NCBI RefSeq assembly: GCF_036321535.1
Contig: NC_087436.1
Location: 61,010,001-61,074,000 of the forward strand
Length of the DNA stretch: 64,000 bases
Origin: Camelus dromedarius
Taxonomy: Eukaryota
Reading direction: 5' to 3'
The translations under genes were made by a program, and so were the position numbers. The notes under the pieces were generated by a model that saw only the letters and a list, made by a program, of their open reading frames with translations, was not told the origin of the DNA and did not search any database. Shown here piece after piece: positions 63,533-64,000 of this stretch (positions are counted from its first letter, which is position 1; each line of letters begins with the position of its first letter).

Positions 63533-64000
63533 AGCTAGGCAACTTCCCATTCTCTCAGTTTATAGATGGGGAAATTAAAACTTGGACAGGTGAGGGGCTG
63601 GCTCAAGGTGACTTTGAGAGTAAGCAGAAAAACTGGGGCTCGAATCAACTTCATTCCCTCCCCTTCTCCCCTCCTCTCCCATCCCTTCCCCATCTGCCCG
63701 CTGTAAGGAAACTGAGCCCCAGATTGGTTATTGCCGAGGTCATAGAGCAGAGACCCCAAACCTCTTGACTTCTGGGCTTGCCTTTTCTCCATACGTCTCA
63801 AAGGTTTCCACTGCTACAGAAGCAGAATGCGCCAGGGGATCATGGGTTTGCCCTTTCAGTAGGCAGATTATTCAGAAAGTGCTTTCCTTCCAAGCAGAGA
63901 ATGAGGAGAACCTGCACTGTTCAGTAGGATGAATCCTGAGTCCCATGATAGGGAAACTCAACAGAAATCGAAAGGCTCTCTGGCTTGGAAAAAAGATGCT

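Overview
Mammalian genomic DNA, probably camelid (inferred from three copies of a Vic-1-like tRNA-derived SINE). The only protein-coding sequence I can support is coding exon 1 of IGFBP7 on the minus strand (37543->37069; signal peptide, IGFBP N-terminal domain, Kazal domain), inside a CpG island with a TATA-like/Inr promoter. Bases 1-37068 are the proximal part of IGFBP7 intron 1 (I found no exon 2), and bases above about 37600 are upstream sequence. The rest is dominated by interspersed repeats: L1 fragments, solo LTRs with TSDs, MaLR, MIR/L2, hAT and Tigger DNA-transposon fossils, and a full-length U6 retropseudogene. There is no prokaryotic-type system. The most interesting signals are (1) an intra-exonic RNA duplex in IGFBP7 that places the K95 A-to-I recoding adenosine in an A:C mismatch, (2) a TSD-bounded L1 whose 3' UTR is replaced by about 280 bp of different polyadenylated sequence, (3) a tiny L1 3' end with a G10 tail nested in another L1, (4) a dispersed duplication of about 170 bp, and (5) a near-cognate ACG in perfect Kozak context opening an overlapping alternative frame. 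Repeat family names come from recalled consensus sequences and need RepeatMasker/Dfam confirmation. Boundaries without TSDs are approximate.
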